A stretch of 64,000 nt of DNA from Candidatus Eiseniibacteriota bacterium (GCA_963717505.1 OY970342.1:2976001-3040000), one strand, 5' to 3'; positions 46,056 to 57,342 are shown, counted from the stretch's first letter. Translations and numbers: made by a program. Notes: generated by a model not told the origin, from the letters alone.

Positions 46056-46153
46056 GGGAACGAATGGGTCCTGGTGGACTCCGGGGACTTCAAATCCTTC
46101 TGTCGGGCGCGGATCGCGTCCGAGGTGGGTTCGATTCCCACGCGTTCCCGCCA
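46056..46153 (+). tRNA. selC: tRNA-Sec(TCA)
   Basis: Acceptor GGGAACG/CGTTCCC, 6-bp D stem with TGGT loop, anticodon loop CTTCAAA, long variable arm, GTGGG-TTCGATT-CCCAC, GCCA end; 57 nt after selD. Confidence 0.95.
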
Positions 46154-46180
46154 CGTCGTAGCACCCGGGCGCGCGTCCTC

Positions 46181-46834
46181 GTGTGGATCGTGCTGTCGAT
46201 GGCGGCGCCCGCAGCCGCGCACGGGTTCGAGCTCGGTCCGGGCGGCTGGGAACCCTGGCTGCAAGCCGGGCCAGACTCGGTTCCGCCGCCGGCGGACAGC
46301 ACGCGCGTCATCACGCTGCCTGCCGACAGCTCGGGCGGCATAGCGCTGCCGGAGCGCGACGCCTCGAGCGTCAACGAGGCGGAGCTGACGCGCGAAGTGG
46401 AAACCAGCCGCGCACCGGGAGCGTTCTCGGAACCGCGCTGGGTCATGTTTCGCTCGTTGTTCGTGCCAGGGTGGGGACAGGCCTACAACCGTTCGTGGCT
46501 CAAGGCCGCGGCGATTGCGGGCGGGGAAATCTGGTTCATCACCAAGATCGTCGAGGATCGCGACGCGCTCGAGGATCTGGACCAAGCGGTCCAGGTTGCG
46601 CGTGATTCAGCCGACGCCGAGCTCGAGGAGGTAGCCGTGGAGGCCTACAATGCGCGATCCGCTCAACTCACGCGCCGCGAGTGGTTCCTGGGCGGATTGA
46701 TCGCGTACGCGATGGTCGACGCGTACGTCGACGCGCACTTCCGAAACTTCCGCATGGATCTGGATCCGATGCCCGCGATCCGGGGCCGCGGAGTCTCCTG
46801 GCGTATGCGTGCCCGTTGGGAGTGGCGATTTTGA
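46181..46834 (+). CDS. DUF5683-like membrane protein
   Basis: Signal-like N-terminus, [13 protein letters not shown] and [11 protein letters not shown] motifs. Confidence 0.7.
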   Translation: MWIVLSMAAPAAAHGFELGPGGWEPWLQAGPDSVPPPADSTRVITLPADSSGGIALPERDASSVNEAELTREVETSRAPGAFSEPRWVMFRSLFVPGWGQAYNRSWLKAAAIAGGEIWFITKIVEDRDALEDLDQAVQVARDSADAELEEVAVEAYNARSAQLTRREWFLGGLIAYAMVDAYVDAHFRNFRMDLDPMPAIRGRGVSWRMRARWEWRF

Positions 46835-48639
46835 CCGACCCGCGCCTCATGCACATTCGCAACTTCTGCATCATCGCCCATATCGACCATGGCAAGAGCA
46901 CGCTGGCCGATCGCCTGCTGGAGCTGACGCACACCCTGACCCCACAGCAGATGAAGGCCCAGGTGCTCGACGACATGGACCTCGAGCGCGAGAAGGGGAT
47001 CACGATCAAGTCCCACGCGATCGCCATGGAGCACCGGGCGCGCGACGGCATCCAGTACGTCTTCAACCTGATCGACACGCCGGGCCACGTCGACTTCACC
47101 TACGAAGTCTCGCGCAGCCTGGCCGCGTGCGAGGGGGCGATCCTGGTGGTCGACGCGTCGCAGGGCATCGAGGCGCAGACGCTGTCCAACTATCTGCTCG
47201 CGCGCCAGCAGAACCTCACCGTGGTCGCGGCGATCAACAAAATCGACCTACCGGCAGCTCGTCCCGACGATGTGGCCCTCGAGATCGAGCATGCGACCGG
47301 GATCCCTGCCGAGAAGGTGTGCCGGATCAGTGCCAAGACCGGGTTTGGCGTCGAAGACCTGCTCGAGCAAGTGGTGGCCGAGATTCCGCCGCCGAGCGGC
47401 GATCCCGACGCCCCGCTGCGCGCGCTGATCTTCGACTCGAAGTTCGATCCCTACCGCGGCGTCGTGGCACTGGTACGGCTGGTCGACGGCCGGGTGCAGG
47501 CCGAGAAGCCGATTCGTTTCCTGTCCACCGGCAAGGAGCACGAGGTCACCGAGGTCGGCCGCATGCGGCTCAAGCTCGAGCCGACGGCGGAGCTCAAGGC
47601 CGGCGATGTCGGCTACGTGGTTGCCGGGGTCAAGACCGTCGCCGACGCGCGGGTCGGGGACACGCTGGCCGCGGCTGGCGTCGAAGAGGTGGTCGCGCTT
47701 CCGGGGTTCCGCGAGATCCAGTCGATGGTGTTCTCCGGCCTCTACCCGATCGAATCGGAACAATACGAGGAGCTCAAAGAGGCGCTGTCCAAGCTCAAGC
47801 TCAACGATGCGGCGCTGATCTACGAGCCGGAGAGCTCGGTCGCCCTGGGATTCGGCTTCCGCTGCGGCTTCCTCGGGCTCCTGCACCTGGAGATCGTCCA
47901 GGAGCGCCTGCGCCGCGAGTACGGCATCGATCTGATCGCGACCACGCCGAGTGTCGAGTATCACGTGCTGCGCACCGACGGCGAGCTGATGGTCGTCGAC
48001 AATCCCAGCCAGATGCCGCCGGTCCAAAACATCGAGAGCATCGAAGAGCCTTACGTGGTCGCGCACGTGATCACGCCCGCCGAATACCTCGGCAACCTGA
48101 TGAAGCTGTGCCAGGAGCGGCGGGGGATGTTCGTCAGCCTGGACTATCTCGAGGAGAAACGGGCGCGGGTCACCTACCGGCTGCCACTGGCCGAGATCGT
48201 CCTCGACTTCTACGATCGGTTGAAGTCGGTGTCGCGCGGCTACGCGTCACTCGACTACGAATTCGACGGCTACCGCGAAGGCGACGTGGTCAAGCTCGAC
48301 GTGTTGCTCAATGGCGAGCCGGTCGACGCGCTCTCGGCGATCGTGCACCGGGACAAGGCCTACGAATGGGGCCGCGACCTGTGCGCCAAGCTCAAGGAGC
48401 TGATTCCCAAGCAGATGTTCCAGGTCGCGATCCAGGCTGCGATCGGTGGCAAGATCGTCGCGCGCGAGACCCTGGGCGCGATGCGCAAGAACGTGACCGC
48501 GAAGTGTTACGGTGGCGACATCACCCGCAAGCGCAAGCTGCTCGAGAAACAGAAGGAAGGCAAGCGACGTATGAAGCAGATCGGAACGGTCGAGGTGCCC
48601 CAGGAGGCGTTCCTGGCGGTCCTCAAAGTCGAACGCTAG
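46831..48639 (+). CDS. lepA: Elongation factor 4 (start TTG 46831 or ATG 46849)
   Basis: [57 protein letters not shown]. Confidence 0.98.
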   Translation: MTDPRLMHIRNFCIIAHIDHGKSTLADRLLELTHTLTPQQMKAQVLDDMDLEREKGITIKSHAIAMEHRARDGIQYVFNLIDTPGHVDFTYEVSRSLAACEGAILVVDASQGIEAQTLSNYLLARQQNLTVVAAINKIDLPAARPDDVALEIEHATGIPAEKVCRISAKTGFGVEDLLEQVVAEIPPPSGDPDAPLRALIFDSKFDPYRGVVALVRLVDGRVQAEKPIRFLSTGKEHEVTEVGRMRLKLEPTAELKAGDVGYVVAGVKTVADARVGDTLAAAGVEEVVALPGFREIQSMVFSGLYPIESEQYEELKEALSKLKLNDAALIYEPESSVALGFGFRCGFLGLLHLEIVQERLRREYGIDLIATTPSVEYHVLRTDGELMVVDNPSQMPPVQNIESIEEPYVVAHVITPAEYLGNLMKLCQERRGMFVSLDYLEEKRARVTYRLPLAEIVLDFYDRLKSVSRGYASLDYEFDGYREGDVVKLDVLLNGEPVDALSAIVHRDKAYEWGRDLCAKLKELIPKQMFQVAIQAAIGGKIVARETLGAMRKNVTAKCYGGDITRKRKLLEKQKEGKRRMKQIGTVEVPQEAFLAVLKVER

Positions 48640-48651
48640 GCAAGGAGCACC

Positions 48652-49296
48652 ATGGCATCCCAGTCCCCGTCGTCAGCCCGATCGTCCCGGTCGGCCTCGG
48701 CCGTGATCCGCGAATACGTGGAAGCCGCTCTGTGGGCGCTGGCCCTGACGCTGTTCCTGCGCGCCTTCGTCATCCAGGCGTTTCGCATCCCTTCGGCGTC
48801 GATGCAGGAAACGCTGCTGATCGGCGATTTCCTGTTCGTCAACAAGTTCGAGTACGGGCCCAAGATTCCGTTCACCCACATCCGCCTGCCCGGCCTGCAT
48901 CCGCCGCGGCGCGGCGACGTCATCGTGTTCCAGTTCCCGCAGGACCCGAGCAAGGACTTCATCAAGCGGGCGGTCGCGACCGGCGGGGAGACTCTCGAGA
49001 TCCGCGACAAGGTGGTGAGCGTGAACGGCGACCCGCTCGAGGAGTCCTACGTCGTGCACAGCGACCCGTCGGTGCGGCCCGCGGGGTTCGACAATCGCGA
49101 CAACTTCGGACCGTTCACCGTCGGCGACGACCAGTTGTTCATGATGGGCGACAACCGGGACAACTCGAACGACAGCCGATACTGGGGACCGCTCGACATG
49201 GACTTGGTCAAAGGCCGCGCGATGTTCATCTATTGGTCGTGGAACGGAGACCGGCATTGGCCCCGATGGACGCGCATCCTGCGACCCATTCAGTAG
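48652..49296 (+). CDS. lepB: Signal peptidase I
   Basis: IPSASMQETL (Ser), FIKR (Lys), GDNRDNSNDSRYWG. Confidence 0.95.
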   Translation: MASQSPSSARSSRSASAVIREYVEAALWALALTLFLRAFVIQAFRIPSASMQETLLIGDFLFVNKFEYGPKIPFTHIRLPGLHPPRRGDVIVFQFPQDPSKDFIKRAVATGGETLEIRDKVVSVNGDPLEESYVVHSDPSVRPAGFDNRDNFGPFTVGDDQLFMMGDNRDNSNDSRYWGPLDMDLVKGRAMFIYWSWNGDRHWPRWTRILRPIQ

Positions 49297-49319
49297 TCCG
49301 GCGCACGCCCGGACCCTCG

Positions 49320-50567
49320 ATGGCCGCGCGCGACCAGGCGCGCGCCGGGCTCTACGTCCACGTGCCGTTCTGTGCGCGCCGCTGCAGCTACTGCGATTTC
49401 GCGACCGGATCGATGTCGCGTCACGCGGTCGAACGCTACCTGAACGCCATGGCGCTCGAAGCCGAGCGCCGGGCCGATGCCGCGCGCGGGCTCACGTTCA
49501 CCTCGGTGTTCTTCGGCGGCGGAACGCCGTCGGCGCTCGAGAGTTCGGCGTTTCGTTCGGTCGGGCGGATGCTGCGCGACCGCTTCGCGATCGCCGACGA
49601 CGCCGAGATCACGCTCGAAGCCAATCCCGAGTCGGTGCTGCCCGATCGAGTGGCGGCCTGGGTCGAGGCCGGGGTCAACCGCGTCTCGATGGGCGCACAG
49701 TCCTTCGATCCAGATGAGCTGGCGCGGCTCGGCAGGATCCACGACTCGGCGCGACCCGCCGAGGCGGCGCGTCGCATTCGCGCGGGCGGGATCGGCCGCC
49801 TGTCGCTCGATCTGATGTACGGCTACCCCGGACACACGACGACGACCTGGCGGTCGAGCCTCGAGCGTGCACTCGAGCTCGAGCCGGGGCATCTGTCGCT
49901 CTACTGCTTCATTCCCGAGCCGGGGACGCCGATGGGCGACGACGTTCTGGCCGGGCGGGTCGCGCTGCCGACGCCCGCGATCCAGGCCCGGATGCACGCG
50001 GCAGCACTGGATCGTTTGGATGAACACGGTTACTCGCCCTACGAAACCGCGAACTTCTGCCGGCCCGGCGAAGAGGCGCGCCACAATCTCGTGTACTGGC
50101 TCGCGCGTCCTTTCGTCGGCCTCGGTCCCTCGGCCCACGGTTGTCTGGAAGGTGAGCGCTACGGCAATCACGACTCTTTTTCGCGCTGGGCGACGACGCT
50201 CGAGCGGGGTGAGTCCGGCGAAGCGTTCCGCGAGCCCCCGGAGCCGCGCGCGCGCGCGCTCGAAGTCCTCATGCTGTCGTTGCGGCTCGGCAGTGGCCTG
50301 TCGCGCCGCGACCATTCCACGGAAACCTGGTCGGATCTGCTCGATCATTTCGGCGCCGGGCTCGAGGCGGCGGTCGCCGCCGGGCGTCTGCTCCGGCACC
50401 GGGAGGGCTGGCGGATCGCCGAACGTCATCGGTTCGTGGCCGACGACGTCATCGCCTGGGTGGCGGCGCGCGCCCGGACGCGCGCGATCGATTCGCGCCA
50501 CGGCCCGTCGCCGGACTTCCGGCTTGCGGCGGATCGTTCCGCCGCGCTAACGTCGGTGCCATGCTGA
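49320..50567 (+). CDS. hemW: Radical SAM heme chaperone HemW (HemN-like)
   Basis: LYVHVPFCARRCSYCDF, FFGGGTPS, EITLEANP, HNLVYW, GLGPSAH; lepA-lepB-hemW-hrcA context. Confidence 0.88.
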   Translation: MAARDQARAGLYVHVPFCARRCSYCDFATGSMSRHAVERYLNAMALEAERRADAARGLTFTSVFFGGGTPSALESSAFRSVGRMLRDRFAIADDAEITLEANPESVLPDRVAAWVEAGVNRVSMGAQSFDPDELARLGRIHDSARPAEAARRIRAGGIGRLSLDLMYGYPGHTTTTWRSSLERALELEPGHLSLYCFIPEPGTPMGDDVLAGRVALPTPAIQARMHAAALDRLDEHGYSPYETANFCRPGEEARHNLVYWLARPFVGLGPSAHGCLEGERYGNHDSFSRWATTLERGESGEAFREPPEPRARALEVLMLSLRLGSGLSRRDHSTETWSDLLDHFGAGLEAAVAAGRLLRHREGWRIAERHRFVADDVIAWVAARARTRAIDSRHGPSPDFRLAADRSAALTSVPC

Positions 50568-51607
50568 CGATTGCTGTCCCCGGACGCGTGGCTCCCGGCG
50601 ACCCGGATTTGACCGCCCGGCAGCGCCGGATCTTCTCCGCGCTGCTCGCCATGCACCAGGCCCACGCGCGACCGGTCGGCTCGGAGTCCCTGGCCCGCCA
50701 CGAAGACATCGCGGTCTCGGCGGCCAGCGTGCGCGCCGACCTGGCCGAGCTCGAGGCCCTCGGGCTGCTCGAGCGGGCTCACGCTTCCTCGGGAAGGGTG
50801 CCGACGCGGCAGGGCTACAACCTCTTCATCCGGACGCTGGTCCGCCCCCCGGCGCTGCCGGCCGGGCTCGCGGCCGAGGTTCGCTCGACCCTCGAGCGTT
50901 CGTCGCGCGATGTCGAGCGGCTGCTCCACGACGCCGCGCGCGTCCTGTCGACCCTAACGCATCAGCTCGGTCTGGCGCAGGCGACGTCGCTCGCCCATGA
51001 GCGGCTGAGCGGCCTCGAGCTGGCCCGTCTCGGCGAGCGGCGCGTGCTCCTGGTGATGCACGTAGGCGATTTGGCGGTGCGCACGCTGGTGCTCGAGTTG
51101 CGGAGCGAACTCGATCCGGGCGACCTCGACGAGGTCGAGTCGGTGTTGCGCGAACGGTTGCTGGGGACGACCCTGGCCGAAGCCCGGGAGCGCATGGTGC
51201 GCGATCCCGAGCTGGTTCGTCGCAGCGCCGTGCGCATCGTGGTCGCGGCCGCGGCCGAGCGGTGGTCCGACTCGGAAGGCACGCCGCTCTACCGATCGGG
51301 CGCCAGCCACATGGCCGAGCAGCCGGAGTTCGCGCACGCAGCCGAGCTCGGGCCCGTGCTCGAAGCCGTCGAATCGGGCACGCCGCTCGAGCGCGTGCTG
51401 GCGTCGGGCATCGAAGGCCAGGTGGGAGCGCACGTCGGGCTGCGCCACGAGAGCGCGCTCGCCGGGTGCAGCCTGGTGACCTACCTGCTGCCGGCGCGCG
51501 TGCCGGCCGCGATCGGAGTCCTCGGCCCGTTGCGCATGAACTACGCCCTCGCCTTCGCCGTCGTCGAGATGGTCGGGGACCAGGTGGCCGACCTGCTGTC
51601 TTCCTGA
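50561..51607 (+). CDS. hrcA: Heat-inducible transcription repressor
   Basis: PVGSESL, SAASVRADLAELEALGLL, HASSGRVPT..GY, IGVLGPLRMNY. Confidence 0.9.
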   Translation: MLTIAVPGRVAPGDPDLTARQRRIFSALLAMHQAHARPVGSESLARHEDIAVSAASVRADLAELEALGLLERAHASSGRVPTRQGYNLFIRTLVRPPALPAGLAAEVRSTLERSSRDVERLLHDAARVLSTLTHQLGLAQATSLAHERLSGLELARLGERRVLLVMHVGDLAVRTLVLELRSELDPGDLDEVESVLRERLLGTTLAEARERMVRDPELVRRSAVRIVVAAAAERWSDSEGTPLYRSGASHMAEQPEFAHAAELGPVLEAVESGTPLERVLASGIEGQVGAHVGLRHESALAGCSLVTYLLPARVPAAIGVLGPLRMNYALAFAVVEMVGDQVADLLSS

Positions 51608-51617
51608 GCCGGTGGTC

Positions 51618-52223
51618 ATGACCCACGAATCGCGTTCCGGATCCGGGCCGCCGCCCGAGCCGCACGATCCCGGCGCCGAGTTGCCGGAGCCGACCGCCGA
51701 AGACCTCGAACTCGAGACCAAGGCGGAGGTCGTACCCAAGGCGTCGCCCGAAGGTGAAGCCGCGGGCGAGGACACCGAGGCGGCGCGCCGCTATCGCGAT
51801 CGCTGGCTGCGCTCCGAAGCCGAGCTGCAGAACTACCGGCGCCGCGCGGCCCGCGACCGCGAAGAGGCCGAGCGCCGGGCCGAGGAAGCAGTACTGCTCC
51901 AGATCATCGAGCAGCTCGACGATCTCGAGCGTGCGCTGGCCGCGGCCGGCCAGGCCGGTGCCGCCGAGTCCTGGGTCGAGGGCGTGCGCCTGGTGGCGCA
52001 GAAGATGCGCGACACGTTGTCCCGCTACGGCGTGGCTGCGGTGGAGACCGAAGGCAAGGCATTCGACCCCGAATTCCACGAAGCCATGCTCGAAGTGGAT
52101 CCGCCGCCGGGAATCGCCCCGGGCGGCGTGGTGCACGTCGATCGCCGCGGCTATCGGCGCGGTGGCCGCGTGCTGCGCGCGGCGCGCGTGGTGGTCGCGC
52201 GCATGACGGCGGAGCAGTCCTGA
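51618..52223 (+). CDS. grpE: Nucleotide exchange factor GrpE
   Basis: [40 protein letters not shown]. Confidence 0.92.
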   Translation: MTHESRSGSGPPPEPHDPGAELPEPTAEDLELETKAEVVPKASPEGEAAGEDTEAARRYRDRWLRSEAELQNYRRRAARDREEAERRAEEAVLLQIIEQLDDLERALAAAGQAGAAESWVEGVRLVAQKMRDTLSRYGVAAVETEGKAFDPEFHEAMLEVDPPPGIAPGGVVHVDRRGYRRGGRVLRAARVVVARMTAEQS

Positions 52224-53350
52224 TGGCGCGACGCGACTACTACGAGGTTCTGGGCGTCGCGCGCACCGCGACCGAAGACGAGATCAAGAAGGCCTACCGG
52301 AAGCTGGCGTTCGAGAATCATCCGGACCGCAATCCGGGGGACGCCTCGGCCGAACAGCGTTTCAAGGAGGCGACCGAGGCGTACGAGATCCTGCGCGACG
52401 GATCGAAGCGCGCGCACTACGACCGCGTCGGCCACGCACGCGAGCCCGCCGCGGGTGGCGTCGATTTCAGTGGCTTCGACCTCGCCGACGCACTGCGCGC
52501 GTTCATGCGCGACTTCGGCGGCGACTCGCCGTTCGCGGACTTCTTCGGCGGCGGGCGCCGGACCGCGCGCGAAGGCGACGACCTGCAGGTGCGGGTCAAG
52601 CTAACGCTCGAGGAGATCGCCGAGGGGGTCGAGAAGAAGATCCGCGTGAAGCACCTGCGGCCGTGCGAAACCTGCAAGGGCCAGGGCGGGACGGGTGAGA
52701 CCACCTGCAGCCAGTGCCAGGGTCGCGGCCAGGTCCGTCGCGTGCAGCAATCGCTGCTCGGGCAGTTCGTGAACATCGCCACCTGTCCCCAGTGCTCGGG
52801 GGAGGGCAAGGTGTTCCTCGAGCCGTGTCGGACGTGCAACGGCGACGGGCGCACGCCGGTGACCGAGACCATCGCGGTTCAGGTCCCCGCCGGGGTGACC
52901 GGCGGCAATTTCATTCCGTTGCGCGGCATGGGCGACGCGGGTCCGCGCGGCGGTCCGCCCGGCGATCTGATCGTGCTCATCGAGGAAAAACCGCACGCGG
53001 TGTTCGAGCGTCATGGCGACGATCTGCTGCTCGAAGTCCCGGTCAGCTTCGTGACCGCGGCGCTGGGCGGGAAGGTCGAGGTGCCGACGCTCGACGGCGG
53101 AGTCGCCTCGCTCGAGATTCCGGCGGCCACGCCCGGGGGCAAGGTGCTGCGGATCAAGCATCGCGGATTGCCGGGGCTGCGCGGTGGGCGCGGCGACATC
53201 GTGGCGCGCATCGCGATCTGGGTGCCGCCCAGGCTCAGCGCCGCCGACCGGCGCCGACTCGAGGAGCTCGGCAGTTCCGAGAGCATGCGGCCGCCGGCGC
53301 CCGGGAAATCGATGTTCGAGCGGATGCGGAACGCGTTTGCCGGAACGTGA
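52223..53350 (+). CDS. dnaJ: Chaperone DnaJ
   Basis: J domain with HPD, G/F region, four CxxCxGxG repeats. Confidence 0.96.
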   Translation: MARRDYYEVLGVARTATEDEIKKAYRKLAFENHPDRNPGDASAEQRFKEATEAYEILRDGSKRAHYDRVGHAREPAAGGVDFSGFDLADALRAFMRDFGGDSPFADFFGGGRRTAREGDDLQVRVKLTLEEIAEGVEKKIRVKHLRPCETCKGQGGTGETTCSQCQGRGQVRRVQQSLLGQFVNIATCPQCSGEGKVFLEPCRTCNGDGRTPVTETIAVQVPAGVTGGNFIPLRGMGDAGPRGGPPGDLIVLIEEKPHAVFERHGDDLLLEVPVSFVTAALGGKVEVPTLDGGVASLEIPAATPGGKVLRIKHRGLPGLRGGRGDIVARIAIWVPPRLSAADRRRLEELGSSESMRPPAPGKSMFERMRNAFAGT

Positions 53351-54065
53351 GCTCCCGGCCTATCTGCATCTGACCGGGCCGTTCGCGCCGGGATCGTCGC
53401 TCGAGCTGCCCGAATCGGACGCCCACTACGTCGCGCGTGTCTGTCGCGCGGCTCCGGGTGATCGTGCGACCGCGACCGATGGCCGCGGCTCCGTCGCGCG
53501 ACTCGAGATCATCGAGGCCGGCGCCCGCGTCGTCGCGCGTTGCATGACGGTCACCGAGGTGGCGCGAGTGAGCGAAGCCTGGGTTCTGTGTGGCGCTCCC
53601 GAGGACGGGCGCGCCGACTGGCTGATCGAGAAGCTCGCGGAGTTCGGCGTCGCCCGCTTCCAACCGGTAGACGGCACGCGCGGCAGATGGCGGACGGGGA
53701 GGACGGAGCGATGGCGACGTCTGGCCTCGGCGGCGCTCCGGCAATCCCAGCAGGCGTACGCACTCGAGATCGGTGAAGTAATGCCGCTCGAAGCCGCACT
53801 GGCGACGGTTCCGGAGGATGCCTCGCGGTGGTCGGCGCAGGCGTCGGGAGAGGGCGAGGACCTGCCGCGGCCAGCACCGGCCCGGGTTGCGGGCGTGATC
53901 GGTCCGGCCGGGGGCTGGACCGATTCCGACCTGGAATCGTTGGGGCAGCGAGGGTACCGCCCGCTGCGATTGGCCGGGGCCCGACTGCGTTGCGAGTCCG
54001 CGGCACTGGCGTGGGCAGCCTGGTGGGCCCGCGGGGTTCTTGACCGGCCGGTTCGACCGCTCTAA
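53337..54065 (+). CDS. rsmE: 16S rRNA m3U1498 methyltransferase
   Basis: [36 protein letters not shown]; follows dnaJ; start at TTG 53337 inferred. Confidence 0.8.
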   Translation: MPERELPAYLHLTGPFAPGSSLELPESDAHYVARVCRAAPGDRATATDGRGSVARLEIIEAGARVVARCMTVTEVARVSEAWVLCGAPEDGRADWLIEKLAEFGVARFQPVDGTRGRWRTGRTERWRRLASAALRQSQQAYALEIGEVMPLEAALATVPEDASRWSAQASGEGEDLPRPAPARVAGVIGPAGGWTDSDLESLGQRGYRPLRLAGARLRCESAALAWAAWWARGVLDRPVRPL

Positions 54066-54068
54066 ACT
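54040..54068 (+). promoter_or_regulatory. Sigma70 promoter upstream of rpsU
   Basis: TTGACC (54040-54045), 17 nt, TAAACT (54063-54068). Confidence 0.6.
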
Positions 54069-54154
54069 GCTCGGCTCGGCGTCGATGTTCGTCGACGCGG
54101 CAGTCCATTCCTCCCGCACGGTTCCCAAGTCGAGGGCAGAGAGGGGGAGATTTT

Positions 54155-54349
54155 TTGCCCGGAATCAGGGTGAAGGAAGGCGAATCCTTCGAGAGCGCCC
54201 TGCGCCGTTTCAAGAAGAAGTGCGAGAAGGCCGGAGTCATGGCGGACCTTCGCCGGCACCAGCACTTCGAGAAACCCAGTGATCGTCGCAAGCGCAAGTT
54301 GAACGCCGCAAGGCGAAAGAACCTGGCCCGCCGAAATCAGGAGAACTGA
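54155..54349 (+). CDS. rpsU: 30S ribosomal protein S21
   Basis: [23 protein letters not shown]. Confidence 0.95.
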   Translation: MPGIRVKEGESFESALRRFKKKCEKAGVMADLRRHQHFEKPSDRRKRKLNAARRKNLARRNQEN

Positions 54350-54372
54350 GGTCACCTGAGCGCCAGTCCGCC

Positions 54373-54943
54373 ATGGACCTGGGTGGACGGCTTGTTGATC
54401 GTCCTCTTGTGCGGGTTTGCCCTCCGCGGTTGGTTTCGCGGCATTCTGCTCGAGATCTTTTCCCTGCTCGGGCTGCTCGCTGGCGTGATCGCGGCGAGCA
54501 CCGTTTTCCAATGGGTCGGTGAGCACTGGGTGCATGCACGGCCCGCGTGGTTGTACGCCATCTTGCGCGTGCTGGTGGCGGCACTGGCCGGTCTGGCGCT
54601 GGTTTCCTTGTTCCATTGGATCGGGGTTCGAGTCCGCGAGGTCGCGCGACGCGGACCGGTCACCGCGATCGACGGACCGCTCGGCGTGGTCGCCGGGGCC
54701 GCGATCGGCGCGATGATCGCCACACTGGCACTGGTCGTCGCGCTTCTGACGCCATGGCCGCCCGAGTTGGGGGGAGCCGCGGCGAAGGCCCGGCTCGCGC
54801 TGCCGGCGTTGAACGGGGCTGAACGCGTGCTCGAGTGGTGTTCCCCCGCGGTTCCGGGGGCTCGATGGTTGCGGGCGCGAGTCGAGGACGCGTCCCGCCG
54901 GGCGCGCGCGCGTGGAGCGAAGGCACCGACCTCGGCGGTCTGA
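54373..54943 (+). CDS. CvpA-family membrane protein (probable 1-nt error just after the ATG)
   Basis: VDGLLIVLLCGFALRGWFRGILLEIFSL and IDGPLGVVAG; ATG 54373 is one base out of frame with ORF 54383..54943 (ATG-G-ACC-TGG-GTG-GAC would read MTWVD). Confidence 0.8.
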
Positions 54944-54952
54944 GGGTCAGTC

Positions 54953-57328
54953 GTGGATCGCATCGCGCTCGATCGTCTCGAGTTCCATCGCGTCGCCGCC
55001 GACATCGCCGGGCGCGCGGAGTCTGCGGCCGGTGCTGCGCGACTGCGGGCATGGCATCCGATTCCTGAATCGGAGGCGCGTCGCGCCGAGGTCGCGCTCC
55101 TGCGCGAAGCCGTGGCTCGAACGCGTGAGCCGGGACCCTGGCTCCAGGTGTCCGCGGAACCCCTCGAAGATCTGCTCGATCCGGAACGTCGCGAGTTCGA
55201 AGCCCTCGACCTGCTCCGGGTGCGTGGCTGGCTCGACGCGGCGCAGGCGACCCGCGAAGCGTGGGGCGACGACGAGTCGTCCGCGCGCCATCCGGGGCTG
55301 AGTCGCAGGGCGCTCGGGCTGCCGGATCTCGGGCGCCTGCGCGCCGAGTTGCACCGAGCACTCGAGCCCGACGGCCGGGTCGCCGACGCGGCGTCGCCGG
55401 CGCTGGCGCGAGCGCGGTCCGGTCTCGCCGCCGGCGAGCGCGACACCCAGACCCGGCTCGAACGCTGGGCGCGCGGCTTTGGCGAGGACGCCTACGTCAC
55501 CCGACACGCCGAGCGATTCGTCGCCCTGGTTCCGGCCGCGTCGTTCTCGCGCCGGCGCGGCATCGTCCACGACGTCTCGGGCAGCGGCCAGTCCCTGTTC
55601 GTCGAGCCGGTCGAGTTCACCGAGGCGAACAACCGGCTGATCGAGTTGCGCGCCACCGTGTCCGACGAGGAGCGGCGCATCATCCGAGCGCTGGGCGAAT
55701 CCGTGGTCGCCGAACGAGAGGCCCTGGACGCCACCCACGAGGCGCTCGTTCACCTCGATACCCTGCGGGCGCGCGGACGATGGGCGGTGGAGCTGGGCGG
55801 CATCGTGCTGGCGCCGGGCGGCGAACGGCTGCGCCTGGTCGCGGCCCGACATCCGTTGCTCGCGGCCGCGGGCGTGAACGTGGTCCCGCTCGATCTCGAG
55901 CTGAGCGATCAGGATTCGATCCTCCTGGTCACCGGGCCCAACACCGGCGGCAAGACCGTGCTGCTCAAGACGGTCGGACTCGCGGCGGCGCTGGCGCATG
56001 CCGCGCTGCCGGTCGCCGCCGCCGAAGGCAGCGCCATGCCGGAATTCGACGACATCCTCGTCGACCTCGGCGATGCCCAGTCGCTCGACCAGGGGCTTTC
56101 GACCTTTGCGGCGCACCTGCGCACGCTCGACCTCATGGCTCGGCGCGCGGGTCCGCGAGTCCTGCTGTTGTGCGACGAACTGGGAGCCGGCACCGACCCT
56201 GAAGAAGGAGGGCCTCTCGGCCGCGCATTGGTCGAACGTTTCGCCGAGCAGCGCGCCTGGGCCGTGATCACCACCCATTTGGGTTCGCTCAAATTGCTGG
56301 CTGGCGTGGTGTCGGGGGTGGTCAACGGCTCGCTCGAGATCGATGCCGCGGTGATGGCGCCGACCTTCCGGTTCATCGCCGGTGTGCCGGGCGCGAGTCA
56401 CGCGCTCGACATGGCCGAGCGGCTCGGGCTCGAACCCGAGCTGATCGCCAGTGCCCGGGCGACGGTGCGTGAAGAATCGGCCACGCTCGAGCGCGTGCTC
56501 CACGAGCTTCAGGCGCTGCGCCGAACCCTCGACGAAGAGCGCGCAGCACTGGTGCTCGCGCGCGAAGCCGCCACCGACGCCGAGCAGTCGCACCGCGAGA
56601 GATCGCGAGCGTTGTCCGAGGAACTGGAGCGGACGACGCGCCGGCTGACGGCCGAGAGCGAAGCTCTGGTCGCGCGCGCCCGCGAACTGTGGCAATCGAT
56701 TCAGCGCGAGGCCAAGCGCGCCGACAAGTCGCGCGCGGCCGCGACCGACCTGCATCACCACCTGCGCGACGTCGAGCGAGGCATCGACCGGCTGTCGGCC
56801 GCCGGGGCTCAGGCGTTGGCGGCGCACGGCGTGACCGGGGCCGCCGCGGCCCAGCCGCTCGCGCGCGACGAGGTCGCTCCGGGACTCAAGGTGCGCGTCG
56901 GCAGTCTCGGGATGGAAGCCGAGGTGGTCTCAGCACCCGATCGCGACGGGCAGGTTCAACTCCGCCGCGGCGCCTGGACCATCAAGGTGCATCTCGACGA
57001 CCTGGCCCGCGTCCCGGCCGGCGCGGCGAAACCGACCCAGGTAACGCGCGCCCCGGAGTCGTCGGCCACGTGGGAGTCGGACGAGGCTCCACTCGAGGTC
57101 GACCTACGCGGAAAGGAAGTGGACGAAGCGCTCTTGAGCCTCGATCATGCGCTCGACCGCGCGGTGCTGGCCGGAATGCACGAACTCAAGATCGTTCACG
57201 GTGTCGGCAAGGGCGTGCTGCGCGCCGCGGTGGAGCGCCATCTGCGCGGCCATCCTCAGGTCGCGAGCACGCGGGCGGGCGGAGTCGGCGAGGGCGGACG
57301 CGGCGTGACTCTCGCCCGGCTGCGCTAG
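54953..57328 (+). CDS. mutS2: Endonuclease MutS2 with Smr domain
   Basis: LEFHRV, GIVHDVSGSGQSLFVEP, TGPNTGGKT, DELGAGTDP, Smr VDLRG...IVHGVGKGVLR. Confidence 0.93.
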   Translation: MDRIALDRLEFHRVAADIAGRAESAAGAARLRAWHPIPESEARRAEVALLREAVARTREPGPWLQVSAEPLEDLLDPERREFEALDLLRVRGWLDAAQATREAWGDDESSARHPGLSRRALGLPDLGRLRAELHRALEPDGRVADAASPALARARSGLAAGERDTQTRLERWARGFGEDAYVTRHAERFVALVPAASFSRRRGIVHDVSGSGQSLFVEPVEFTEANNRLIELRATVSDEERRIIRALGESVVAEREALDATHEALVHLDTLRARGRWAVELGGIVLAPGGERLRLVAARHPLLAAAGVNVVPLDLELSDQDSILLVTGPNTGGKTVLLKTVGLAAALAHAALPVAAAEGSAMPEFDDILVDLGDAQSLDQGLSTFAAHLRTLDLMARRAGPRVLLLCDELGAGTDPEEGGPLGRALVERFAEQRAWAVITTHLGSLKLLAGVVSGVVNGSLEIDAAVMAPTFRFIAGVPGASHALDMAERLGLEPELIASARATVREESATLERVLHELQALRRTLDEERAALVLAREAATDAEQSHRERSRALSEELERTTRRLTAESEALVARARELWQSIQREAKRADKSRAAATDLHHHLRDVERGIDRLSAAGAQALAAHGVTGAAAAQPLARDEVAPGLKVRVGSLGMEAEVVSAPDRDGQVQLRRGAWTIKVHLDDLARVPAGAAKPTQVTRAPESSATWESDEAPLEVDLRGKEVDEALLSLDHALDRAVLAGMHELKIVHGVGKGVLRAAVERHLRGHPQVASTRAGGVGEGGRGVTLARLR

Positions 57329-57342
57329 GGACGGAGCAAACG

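Noticed and set aside
46809-50567. 1252-aa ORF
   Set aside because: The first 840 or so codons are an off-frame shadow of lepA/lepB; only the part from ATG 49320 (HemW) is protein-like.
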